This document shows, piece by piece, positions 8,488 to 16,079 of a DNA stretch of 36,921 nucleotides. A program made the translations under genes and the position numbers. Origin of the DNA: a virus (Duplodnaviria; Caudoviricetes); the IMG/VR virus record IMGVR_UViG_3300020045_013551, positions 1 to 36,921 of that record; one strand, given 5' to 3'. The notes beneath the pieces are model-generated. The model was given only the letters and a program-made list of their open reading frames with translations. It made no database searches and was not told the origin of the DNA. Position 1 is the stretch's first letter. Each line of letters starts with the position of its first letter.

Positions 8488-8946
8488 ATGGAACTAACAC
8501 TTCAAAAATCAACAGCTAAACAGCTTTACCCTGTAGTACCCGATTGGTTTCAAAAGGTACTGTCAGATACATTTGGTACCGAGCTTTTTAAGAAAAAAAC
8601 TTTCGAAGATATCAAAACATTCGAAGACGCCTGTGAGGAATTGGGCATCGATCCTGAAACCGTGACTCATAAAAATGACACTCCGGACGAAGCTGCCTAC
8701 AAAAAACTGAAAATTGTGATAAAGGCAATTAACAAGGATTGGGTTCCCGACTGGAATGACAAAAGCCAGCGCAAATGGTGGCCTTATTTTAATTTGTCCT
8801 CGGGTTCCGGTTTTTCGGATTCGGCTTCGAGCTTCTACTACGGGCTTACGTATGTCGGTTCGCGCCTTTGCTTCGAGTCTGAGGCAAAGAGTAACTATGC
8901 TGCAACGCAATTCAATGAGTTATACAAACAATTTTTCACCATTTAA
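8488..8946 (+). CDS. DGR target protein 1
   Basis: Contains VR1; paralog of the next gene (IKTFEDAC, AAYK, KAIN..WVPDW, QRKW.P.F, VGSRLC). Confidence 0.92.
   Translation: MELTLQKSTAKQLYPVVPDWFQKVLSDTFGTELFKKKTFEDIKTFEDACEELGIDPETVTHKNDTPDEAAYKKLKIVIKAINKDWVPDWNDKSQRKWWPYFNLSSGSGFSDSASSFYYGLTYVGSRLCFESEAKSNYAATQFNELYKQFFTI
8793..8870 (+). repeat. DGR variable repeat VR1
   Basis: 78 nt aligned to TR 9409-9486; 13 mismatches, all at TR adenines. Confidence 0.96.
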
Positions 8947-8956
8947 GAGTAAAAAA

Positions 8957-9373
8957 ATGACAACAAAAAACGAGAATGAAAAGAATGAAGCCGTAAAGTT
9001 TGATTTCAGAACCATCAAAACTTTCGAAGATGCCTGCACACAGTTGAACATTGATCAGGCAGACATGCCCAACTTATCACTGATCCCGGAAGAGTTCCGA
9101 AAACCACTGTTAGCAGCCTATAAGCTTATGATTATCTTCAAAGCGATCAATAACGGCTGGGTACCTGATTGGAGCAACGACGAACAACGTAAGTGGTTCC
9201 CTTGGTTTGGGGTTTTGTCCTCGGGTTCCGGTTTTTCGGATTCGGATTCGGACTACTACTGCGGGGATGCGAGTGTCGGTTCGCGCCTTTGCACAGATTC
9301 GTCTGAAAAGGCTGAGTACATCGCCGAACAGTTTGAGGCTGAGTACGTCGATTACTTTTTGTATTCCGAATAA
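8957..9373 (+). CDS. DGR target protein 2
   Basis: Start MTTKNENEK at 8957 (138 aa); contains VR2. Confidence 0.92.
   Translation: MTTKNENEKNEAVKFDFRTIKTFEDACTQLNIDQADMPNLSLIPEEFRKPLLAAYKLMIIFKAINNGWVPDWSNDEQRKWFPWFGVLSSGSGFSDSDSDYYCGDASVGSRLCTDSSEKAEYIAEQFEAEYVDYFLYSE
9212..9291 (+). repeat. DGR variable repeat VR2
   Basis: 80 nt aligned to TR 9407-9486; 12 mismatches, all at TR adenines. Confidence 0.96.
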
Positions 9374-9406
9374 ATAAAATAAGGTTGTATGCTGCCAGTG
9401 CTGTCA

Positions 9407-9486
9407 GTTTTGTCCTCGGGTTCCAGTTTTTCGGATTCGAATTCGAACTACAACTACGAGAATACGAATGTCAGTTCGCACCTATG
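9407..9486 (+). ncRNA. DGR template repeat (TR)
   Basis: Intergenic, AAY-rich copy of both VRs (19 adenines), directly upstream of the RT. Confidence 0.96.
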
Positions 9487-9590
9487 TTAGTTCCGCAGCA
9501 TAAACCCTGCCTACATGGCAAAAAATAAATTTTTTTAACGGGGCGTTAGTAACCTTTAAGGCAAAAACGACCTATTAATGCAAAGGCAAA

Positions 9591-10541
9591 ATGAAACGAA
9601 TCAACAACCTGTACGAACGCATCTGTAGCATTGAAAACCTTCAACTGGCAGACTCTATTGCCCGGAAAGGAAAGGCCAAACAACCAGGTGTAATTGCTCA
9701 CGACAAAAACCGTGAATCAAACATTCAACAGTTGCACGAAATGCTGATGAATAAGACTTACCGGACATCAGAATATACCACATTTGCCATTTTCGAACCA
9801 AAAGAGCGGATTATATTCCGGCTGCCTTATTTTCCTGACAGGATCACCCATCACGCTGTTATGAAAGTTTTAGAGCCGCTGTTCGTCTCCATTTTTACAA
9901 CTGATTCATATAGCTGCATCAAAGGTAAAGGCATTCATGCCGCTGCAAAGGCAGTTAAACGTTCTTTAAATGACGTTGAAAACACCCGGTATTGTTTGAA
10001 ATTGGATGTTAAGAAGTTTTACCCCTCGGTTGATCATGACATCTTAAAACAATTGCTTCGCCGGAAGATTAAAGACAATGACCTGTTATGGTTGCTTGAT
10101 GAAATCATTGACAGCACCGAAGGTCTTCCAATTGGCAATTACCTCAGCCAATATTTTGCCAACTTTTACCTTACCTATTTCGATCATTGGATGAAGGAAG
10201 AAAAGCGAGTTCGTTACTATTTTCGCTATGCTGATGATCTGGTGATACTCTCCAACTCAAAACCCTATTTACATCAATTACTTGCCGATATCTCGGAATA
10301 TCTTCATGACAATCTGAAACTAACCGTTAAAGGCAATTATCAGGTGTTTCCGGTTGATGCCAGGGGAATTGATTTTGTGGGTTATGTATTTCGGCACACG
10401 CATGTTTTACTCCGCAAAACCATTAAACAGAACTTTGCCCGAATGATCAAGAAAAATAGAAATGCTCAGTCAATAGCAAGCTACACCGGTTGGGCTAAAC
10501 ATTGTAACAGTAAAAACCTCTTAAAGAAATTGCTAGCATGA
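9591..10541 (+). CDS. DGR reverse transcriptase
   Basis: KERIIF, LKLDVKKFYPSVDH, GLPIGNYLSQYFANFYL (DGR-type SQ), RYADD, IDFVGY; 316 aa, no maturase or endonuclease extension. Confidence 0.96.
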   Translation: MKRINNLYERICSIENLQLADSIARKGKAKQPGVIAHDKNRESNIQQLHEMLMNKTYRTSEYTTFAIFEPKERIIFRLPYFPDRITHHAVMKVLEPLFVSIFTTDSYSCIKGKGIHAAAKAVKRSLNDVENTRYCLKLDVKKFYPSVDHDILKQLLRRKIKDNDLLWLLDEIIDSTEGLPIGNYLSQYFANFYLTYFDHWMKEEKRVRYYFRYADDLVILSNSKPYLHQLLADISEYLHDNLKLTVKGNYQVFPVDARGIDFVGYVFRHTHVLLRKTIKQNFARMIKKNRNAQSIASYTGWAKHCNSKNLLKKLLA

Positions 10542-10849
10542 ACAGTTTTAGTCAATTTAACATCAAAATCGAAAGCCAGTCTTTCGAGGGCGACAAAATA
10601 AAGATGTCTAAGATACTCAACCGCGAGATCGTGGTTCATCACTTCAAGCTCGAAGACTCAAAAGTAAAATCATTCCAGGAGAAAGGCACAGGTAAATGTC
10701 TGCACCTTCAAATATCGTTCGATAACCGCAAACATGTTGTTTTTACTTCGTCAACCGGCCTGATCGAAGTGATAAAAAAGATACCCGACGACGGGTTCCC
10801 ATTTTCAACTACCATAGTCGAAGAAAACGAACGGTTTAAATTCACTTAA
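10538..10849 (+). CDS. Hypothetical beta-rich protein coupled to the RT (candidate DGR accessory)
   Basis: ATGA overlap with the RT stop; 103 aa. Confidence 0.8.
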   Translation: MNSFSQFNIKIESQSFEGDKIKMSKILNREIVVHHFKLEDSKVKSFQEKGTGKCLHLQISFDNRKHVVFTSSTGLIEVIKKIPDDGFPFSTTIVEENERFKFT

Positions 10850-10861
10850 CAACAATACATC

Positions 10862-11152
10862 ATGCTAAAATCAACAGATAAACAAAGGAGTAAAGGAACT
10901 AACGATATGAAAGTTCGCGGTTTGGTTCACCAGATATGTAAGTTGTGGGATGACCTTGAAAATTTCGAGCGTGTTTTTAAACTGCGTATAGCGAATTTTC
11001 CAAGGCTAAACACATATGTGGCAGAGACCTGTTATCGACTAGTAAAATCAAACGACACGACCATCGAAGTGTGGCATAAGAATTCTAAAGGTGAACAGGA
11101 TCGCCTATTGGTTGAAGTAGTTTTTGAACCTGAAGAAATAGTTTGGCCATGA
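10862..11152 (+). CDS. Hypothetical protein
   Basis: ORF in operon, coupled to next gene. Confidence 0.65.
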   Translation: MLKSTDKQRSKGTNDMKVRGLVHQICKLWDDLENFERVFKLRIANFPRLNTYVAETCYRLVKSNDTTIEVWHKNSKGEQDRLLVEVVFEPEEIVWP

Positions 11153-11634
11153 AAGAGATCATGTTTAGCCGCGTATTTCCAGCTTATCACCCACGCAAAG
11201 GAGAACCTACTTACTTTGTTGAGCAAATGCTAAAACAGCTCATTGCAGACCGAAAAGCGCCTATTTCAAGGCTCGATGATAAGTTTGTCAACCGCTCCAT
11301 TCTCGACACTGTTGGTTTCAAAAGTCACACCATCCGAAAAGGGCACAACTTCAGCGCCGGTGATTACTTTCTTCCTAAAGTATGGACTGAAATGCCTTAC
11401 CGGTCGGTTAAGTATCAGTTTGCGCCATCTGTTATAGTCGAAAAAACATTCGATTTCGAGATTAAAACCGGTTCAATATTCGTCAATGGCGTTCATCGCC
11501 CATACTACGCAAGCATCTGTAAAAATGATGGCCTTGAACCTGTTGACTTTGCAAACTGGTTTCGTTTGTTTGACTACCTGAGTAATGATTTCGACGGCCA
11601 GATCATTTGTTGGAACGCTGCAATAAACTACTAA
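11149..11634 (+). CDS. ASCH/PUA-like hypothetical protein
   Basis: KSHTIRK and KNDGL...FANWF motifs resemble ASCH domains; ATGA-coupled start. Confidence 0.55.
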   Translation: MKEIMFSRVFPAYHPRKGEPTYFVEQMLKQLIADRKAPISRLDDKFVNRSILDTVGFKSHTIRKGHNFSAGDYFLPKVWTEMPYRSVKYQFAPSVIVEKTFDFEIKTGSIFVNGVHRPYYASICKNDGLEPVDFANWFRLFDYLSNDFDGQIICWNAAINY

Positions 11635-11636
11635 TC

Positions 11637-12044
11637 ATGGCTGAAGTTTACCGCTTTTTAGAAAATGTTTTGAGTTGCTACCAGCATGGACAGCATTACT
11701 TTGGTTTTGAGAATGGAAGCGAATCGTTGATACATGAAGCTCCTGCAACCATCTATGGAAATACATTAAATGTTGGCGACCCGGTTAAAGGATTCGACAG
11801 CGGGAAAGATCGTACCTCGTTTATTTTGACATCTGGTTACATGACATATAAAGGTTGGTTTGATCGGGATATCGTTTTTGAGATTACCGAAGCAAATAAA
11901 AAACATCACCAGGGCAATTTATTTCATCAACGGCCAAAATGGATGCTTTCATTTGGCTTTTTAGGTCCCGAATCCGGGCTTTTAATGAACAGCGCCAATA
12001 GCTGTTATTACGACATTCATCCACATAAAATTATAAAACCATGA
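11637..12044 (+). CDS. Hypothetical protein
   Basis: ATG 2 nt after the upstream stop; coupled to next gene. Confidence 0.7.
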   Translation: MAEVYRFLENVLSCYQHGQHYFGFENGSESLIHEAPATIYGNTLNVGDPVKGFDSGKDRTSFILTSGYMTYKGWFDRDIVFEITEANKKHHQGNLFHQRPKWMLSFGFLGPESGLLMNSANSCYYDIHPHKIIKP

Positions 12045-12403
12045 TACTGGCAATCGATTTTGACGGCACCATCTGCCGGGGCAAATACCCGAATATCGAC
12101 GGTTTACAGCCTTACGCAAAAGAAGTAATCAACCGGCTCTATCATGCCGAACATTACCTTATAATTAACACCTGTCGCTCCGGAGAACAATTACTGGAAG
12201 CAATCAATTATATGCTTCAGCAAGGCATCCAGTTCCACCGGGTTAACGACAATCATCCGGAAGAATCAGCCCGGTACAACAACAATAGCCGGAAGATTTA
12301 CGCACATCTGTATATCGATGACAAGAACCTTGGAGGCTTCCCCGGTTGGCTTCAGGCTGAAAAGGAAATTCAAATAACAGAACTTGAATACAAACAGCGA
12401 TGA
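12041..12403 (+). CDS. Minimal HAD-superfamily hydrolase
   Basis: AIDFDGT motif I, NTCR motif II, KIYAHLYIDDK motifs III/IV. Confidence 0.85.
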   Translation: MILAIDFDGTICRGKYPNIDGLQPYAKEVINRLYHAEHYLIINTCRSGEQLLEAINYMLQQGIQFHRVNDNHPEESARYNNNSRKIYAHLYIDDKNLGGFPGWLQAEKEIQITELEYKQR

Positions 12404-12864
12404 ACGAATCAAAACACCGGCAGTTAATGGCCATCCTCACTAAAAAAGGATTTGACGCCGATTCCAGGCACGAGCTCGTCTATTCGTTTACCGATGGCCG
12501 CACAAAAAGCACCCGCGATTTGTACGATCTCGAGCTCACCGATCTTGTCAATCAATTAAATAAGATCGAACAGGCCTCAAGCCAGCTAAACGAAAAAATC
12601 GCCCTGAAGGAAAAACGGGCGATAGTGCTGGCCATAGCACAGCGCACAAGTATACACGAGGGCACTAACTTCGACAAGTTCAATGCCTTTATGGAAACCC
12701 GCAGTATCCTGAAAAAACGACTCAGCAAATACTCGCTCATCGAACTTGAGGATCTGATCAAACAATTCAGAGGACTCGAAGCAAACTTCCAGAAATCAGC
12801 CGAAAAAGCAGGAACAAAAGCCTGGAATAAAACAAACGGATTTAGTCAAATTTCAACCAACTAG
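12400..12864 (+). CDS. GemA/DUF1018-like protein
   Basis: FTDGRTKSTRDL...ELTDLVNQL pattern; position in Mu-like early region. Confidence 0.6.
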   Translation: MNESKHRQLMAILTKKGFDADSRHELVYSFTDGRTKSTRDLYDLELTDLVNQLNKIEQASSQLNEKIALKEKRAIVLAIAQRTSIHEGTNFDKFNAFMETRSILKKRLSKYSLIELEDLIKQFRGLEANFQKSAEKAGTKAWNKTNGFSQISTN

Positions 12865-12866
12865 CC

Positions 12867-13316
12867 ATGAGCGACGAATTACTCCGGATATTAAAAAACC
12901 CACACGCCTCAAAGCAACAATTGCGCGAGGCTCTGGCCGCTGCCCTGGGCGTAGAGCTCACCGAAAGCAAAACTGACAAACAGACCGTATTTAGCCATTG
13001 TAAACGAATTTTCGATCAGTACTATTCTGAATTTTCCGGCTTGCCTTATGCCTTTTCGGCGAAGGACGGCGTTGCCCTGTCGGCAATCATTAAAAAAATT
13101 GAAGGTTTATCGGTTGAGTCCGACGATCAAATACTTAAAACCTTCGAAGCTTTAATCTCGAAACTGCCCGACTGGTATAAAAACAATGCTTTTTCTTTAG
13201 CAGTAATCAATAAAAAATTTAATGAAATCACTACCTCAATCAAACGCAACTCCGGCAACACAGGGGGCATCTCTGCCGACTATCGCGCCCAGATCGCTCG
13301 CGACTTGCTTGCCTAG
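12867..13316 (+). CDS. Hypothetical protein (possible replication-related)
   Basis: ORF in operon. Confidence 0.65.
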   Translation: MSDELLRILKNPHASKQQLREALAAALGVELTESKTDKQTVFSHCKRIFDQYYSEFSGLPYAFSAKDGVALSAIIKKIEGLSVESDDQILKTFEALISKLPDWYKNNAFSLAVINKKFNEITTSIKRNSGNTGGISADYRAQIARDLLA

Positions 13317-13782
13317 CATTCTGAATAAAGAATTGCAGGCTGTTCGGTCGGTTTCCGACGTGCTGAAGGTTGCTGGCGATTACCCCACGCTGGGCAAACT
13401 TAAAGTAGCCAATGGACCCGAAAAAGTGGAAGCATTGATTAAAGCTTATCTGCTACAGCTTACCGAACTGGTAAATATTGCCCGGCCACTTAACGCGACC
13501 AAAATAGATGCAATTGCCGAGCGTGTGGTTTCGAAGTATGCAGTGCTGACTGTTGCTGATGTCAATTTTATATTCAACTCGGCTATTAATGGCGATTATG
13601 GCTCATTTTACGAATCGCTCGATGTGCCTAAAGTGATGGCTTGGTTTGCAACTTATTTTGAAGACAGGTGCAACACAGCGGCTGAAATCAGTCAATCAGA
13701 AGCGATCAACGACAAAGGCGGGAATTATTCCAGAAATTACGCCGTAAAACTGCTGCGAAGCATTGAGAAACGAAGCAAATAA
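13222..13782 (+). CDS. Hypothetical protein, DUF6633-like (start may be TTG 13309)
   Basis: LTVADVNFIF...GDYGSFYESLD...WFATYFEDR pattern seen in Bacteroidota phage proteins. Confidence 0.6.
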   Translation: MKSLPQSNATPATQGASLPTIAPRSLATCLPSILNKELQAVRSVSDVLKVAGDYPTLGKLKVANGPEKVEALIKAYLLQLTELVNIARPLNATKIDAIAERVVSKYAVLTVADVNFIFNSAINGDYGSFYESLDVPKVMAWFATYFEDRCNTAAEISQSEAINDKGGNYSRNYAVKLLRSIEKRSK

Positions 13783-13791
13783 AATAACAAC

Positions 13792-13822
13792 TTGACAATT
13801 CTTAACAAAACACTTACTTTTG
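13792..13822 (+). promoter_or_regulatory. Putative Bacteroidota promoter
   Basis: TTG (13792-13794)-N20-TACTTTTG (13815-13822). Confidence 0.5.
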
Positions 13823-13825
13823 AAT

Positions 13826-14065
13826 ATGGCTTACACTAAGAGAAATAGATTACTTCGTGCGCAATTGGTTCAGGAAAAATGGGCTGAATATTCAAAAAAT
13901 AATCCTGCCGGCGATGGCGGTAATACTGATAAATGGATTATTGATAATATTCTCAAACCATTACACATTTCTCGTTCTACTTATTATTCATATTTAAATA
14001 TTCCTGTCGAAAAGCAACTCAAAGAGCTCGAAGCAAAACGAAAAGAACAATTAAAACTTTTTTAA
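13826..14065 (+). CDS. HTH protein, candidate late-gene activator (Mor/C analogue)
   Basis: LHISRSTYYSYL recognition-helix-like segment; near the end of the early block. Confidence 0.6.
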   Translation: MAYTKRNRLLRAQLVQEKWAEYSKNNPAGDGGNTDKWIIDNILKPLHISRSTYYSYLNIPVEKQLKELEAKRKEQLKLF

Positions 14066-14089
14066 TATAAATCCTTTAAAACAAAAATC

Positions 14090-14251
14090 ATGGAAGTATT
14101 TTTTGGACTATTAGCTATCGGAGTTATTATCATCGTTGTTTTCATTCTCCGGTCTGTTTTAAGGATCAATGAAATGGTAAGTAATCAGCAAAAGCAAATT
14201 AGCGAGCTACAATCGATAAACAAAAAACTGGAAGCCTTACTTAAAAAGTAG
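14090..14251 (+). CDS. 53-aa membrane-anchored coiled-coil peptide
   Basis: Not in the ORF track; MEVFFGLLAIGVIIIVVFILRSVLRINEMVSNQQKQISELQSINKKLEALLKK; A-rich leader. Confidence 0.7.
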   Translation: MEVFFGLLAIGVIIIVVFILRSVLRINEMVSNQQKQISELQSINKKLEALLKK

Positions 14252-14348
14252 CCAGTCAAAAAAGTAGGCAATAGCAACAACGATAATATCCGCTAGAGCC
14301 AAATCCCTCTTCCCCGTTCTTTAATATTTTTTTCTTTGTATATAAAAC

Positions 14349-14379
14349 AAAAAAGGCGGCCATCATGGTCGCCTTTTTT
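14349..14379. terminator. Bidirectional intrinsic terminator
   Basis: A6-GGCGGCCA-TCA-TGGTCGCC-T6 between convergent operons. Confidence 0.85.
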
Positions 14380-14404
14380 GTTTCTCAGGTTTTCTTTCTC
14401 CAGT

Positions 14405-14830
14405 CTACAATGTTTTTTTTGCTTCAAACTCCACAAACGTAACCATCCAGCCTTTGTATTTGTGCCAGTGTTGCCAGCCGGTGAAGTTCATTTGCCTCGT
14501 GTATCCATCTGGCGGGGTGAAATGGTCGATGGTATCCTTTGCCCAGGTTGCAATTTCTTCGTGCGTATCAACCACGCTGTCGGGTATAGTTCCATCGGTG
14601 CCAGTTAATGCCTGGGTAACCACGTGCAGCCGTATTTTAACAGGAGTGCGCCGGGCATCTTTGCTTATTTGGTCAATAACCAAGGGTTCCGGAAACTCTA
14701 CAAAAATACGCGGGGTACTGGCAATGGTGCTTTCGTACTGCACATTGTACCATTCAATTCCCTTCAGGGTCAAATCTTCGTCAGCAGTAATTAATTGCTG
14801 TTTAATTGCTTTGTAAATGTCGTTTAACAT
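14405..14830 (-). CDS. Putative tail terminator/neck protein (Mu gp37-like)
   Basis: 141 aa, PRIFVEF motif; synteny after gpG-like gene. Confidence 0.55.
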   Translation of the reverse strand: MLNDIYKAIKQQLITADEDLTLKGIEWYNVQYESTIASTPRIFVEFPEPLVIDQISKDARRTPVKIRLHVVTQALTGTDGTIPDSVVDTHEEIATWAKDTIDHFTPPDGYTRQMNFTGWQHWHKYKGWMVTFVEFEAKKTL

Positions 14831-14863
14831 GTCAATTTAGTTACGAGTTATAAATTATGAGCG

Positions 14864-15316
14864 TCATTTAAAAATCTCATCCACCATTCGTTCAAATTTG
14901 TTTTCAATTCGTTTGTTCAAGGCTTCAGAGTCGCCAATCATTTTACGTTCTGGCATGGTAAAGCCCGGCGGCCTTCCGGCCTGCAAGCCGTCATTGTGCG
15001 CTTCAGTATATGGCATGGAGCTTATAAACTCAACGCTTCCGGACTTGGCCTGTGTTTCGGTATCAAACGAGCGCCGCATCTTACCGCCATCAATCAATAA
15101 CTGTCTGCCTGATCGTTTTTTTTTCCCCTTTCCAGTCTCCTTTTTCCGTTTTACCCACTTCTTAGCGCTTCCAGGTTTGTCTTCAAAACCTTCCTTATCA
15201 AAATTGTCATGAATAAAATTTAAGCCCTCCACTTTGGCAATGCCAGGCAGTCGTTTTATCATATCTGGAATGCGCTGTCTGATCTTGTTCAGCTTATTGA
15301 TAAAATCGTTATTCAT
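14864..15316 (-). CDS. Virion morphogenesis protein (Mu gpG-like)
   Basis: NFDKEGF, LLIDGGKMRRS, PYTEAHNDG, MPERKMIGDS motifs. Confidence 0.85.
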   Translation of the reverse strand: MNNDFINKLNKIRQRIPDMIKRLPGIAKVEGLNFIHDNFDKEGFEDKPGSAKKWVKRKKETGKGKKKRSGRQLLIDGGKMRRSFDTETQAKSGSVEFISSMPYTEAHNDGLQAGRPPGFTMPERKMIGDSEALNKRIENKFERMVDEIFK

Positions 15317-16079
15317 CTTTCAGGTAGTTTTTCAGCAGTGCGTCCGATTGGCTATTCATGTCCTTTATCACCGAATCAGCTAAATCTGCGCGGTATCCGT
15401 TCGAGTCAGAGAAAAGCTTCTTATCCTTACCCGGATTAAAATCGAAACCTTTTCCAGGCGTGTAGTCAATGCTTTTTGTGAGGGCTTTGTCCGTTTGTGT
15501 AACAGAGCAGCGGCAGCCCCAGCCGTTTGGCGGATAGTTCGAGTTCCAAAAATCATCGTTGATTGGCCGGATAATTCCGTTTAGTCGGGCATGTTCAATT
15601 CGGGTTTGGTCATCGGTTACTGATCTGTATTCGAGGTTAGGGTAGATATCGGCGTTTTCTTCGAACCCTGCCCATTTTTCGGCCATCTGAGCGCTTGCAA
15701 TAGATTGGTTGTATTCAGTCTTCAGCCAATCAATATTATATTGCTGTGTAACCGGTAGCGCCTCTTTTTTAAAGCTGGCCCAACTTCGGGGCTTTCCTTC
15801 ATCATCAACTAATAGGTCGCGAAGCGTGTTTTGTTCAGCGTGATTTTTGAAGGCTGCGAACGAAGCGGCATTAACCCGAAGCTGTTCGGCTAAAGCACTG
15901 TATTGGTACGATGTTTCGAAACTTAACCCGGCATCTTCAATACCAGCCAGCAAGCCCTCAAAATTATGCTTCCATATTTCGGGGTCGACTCCCTTCTGTC
16001 CATCAAAAAAACGTTTTAACCAGGCTTCAAGTCGCTTGTCAACCGCGTTAACAATTACCAGGGATTGGTACTTTTTTTT
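15309..16079 (-). CDS. MuF (SPP1 gp7-like) minor head protein; no ATG start, frame open back to the A10 run in the portal gene
   Basis: WLKTEYN, LEYRSVTDDQTR.EH, PPNGWGCRC, FDFNPG; frame open 16079-15309. Confidence 0.88.
   Translation of the reverse strand, partial: KKKYQSLVIVNAVDKRLEAWLKRFFDGQKGVDPEIWKHNFEGLLAGIEDAGLSFETSYQYSALAEQLRVNAASFAAFKNHAEQNTLRDLLVDDEGKPRSWASFKKEALPVTQQYNIDWLKTEYNQSIASAQMAEKWAGFEENADIYPNLEYRSVTDDQTRIEHARLNGIIRPINDDFWNSNYPPNGWGCRCSVTQTDKALTKSIDYTPGKGFDFNPGKDKKLFSDSNGYRADLADSVIKDMNSQSDALLKNYLKDE

Noticed and set aside
8756-8956. N-terminal extension of target 2
   Set aside because: Overlaps target 1 in another frame; paralog alignment supports ATG 8957
8793-9486. Three ~80-bp repeats as a CRISPR array or simple duplication
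   Set aside because: Two copies are in-frame coding, there is no repeat-spacer periodicity or cas gene, and mismatches are confined to TR adenines
9591-10541. RT as a group II intron, retron or Abi RT
   Set aside because: Short, no maturase or endonuclease region, no retron VTG motif, has DGR-type GNYLSQ, and an adjacent TR/VR set with adenine-only mismatches
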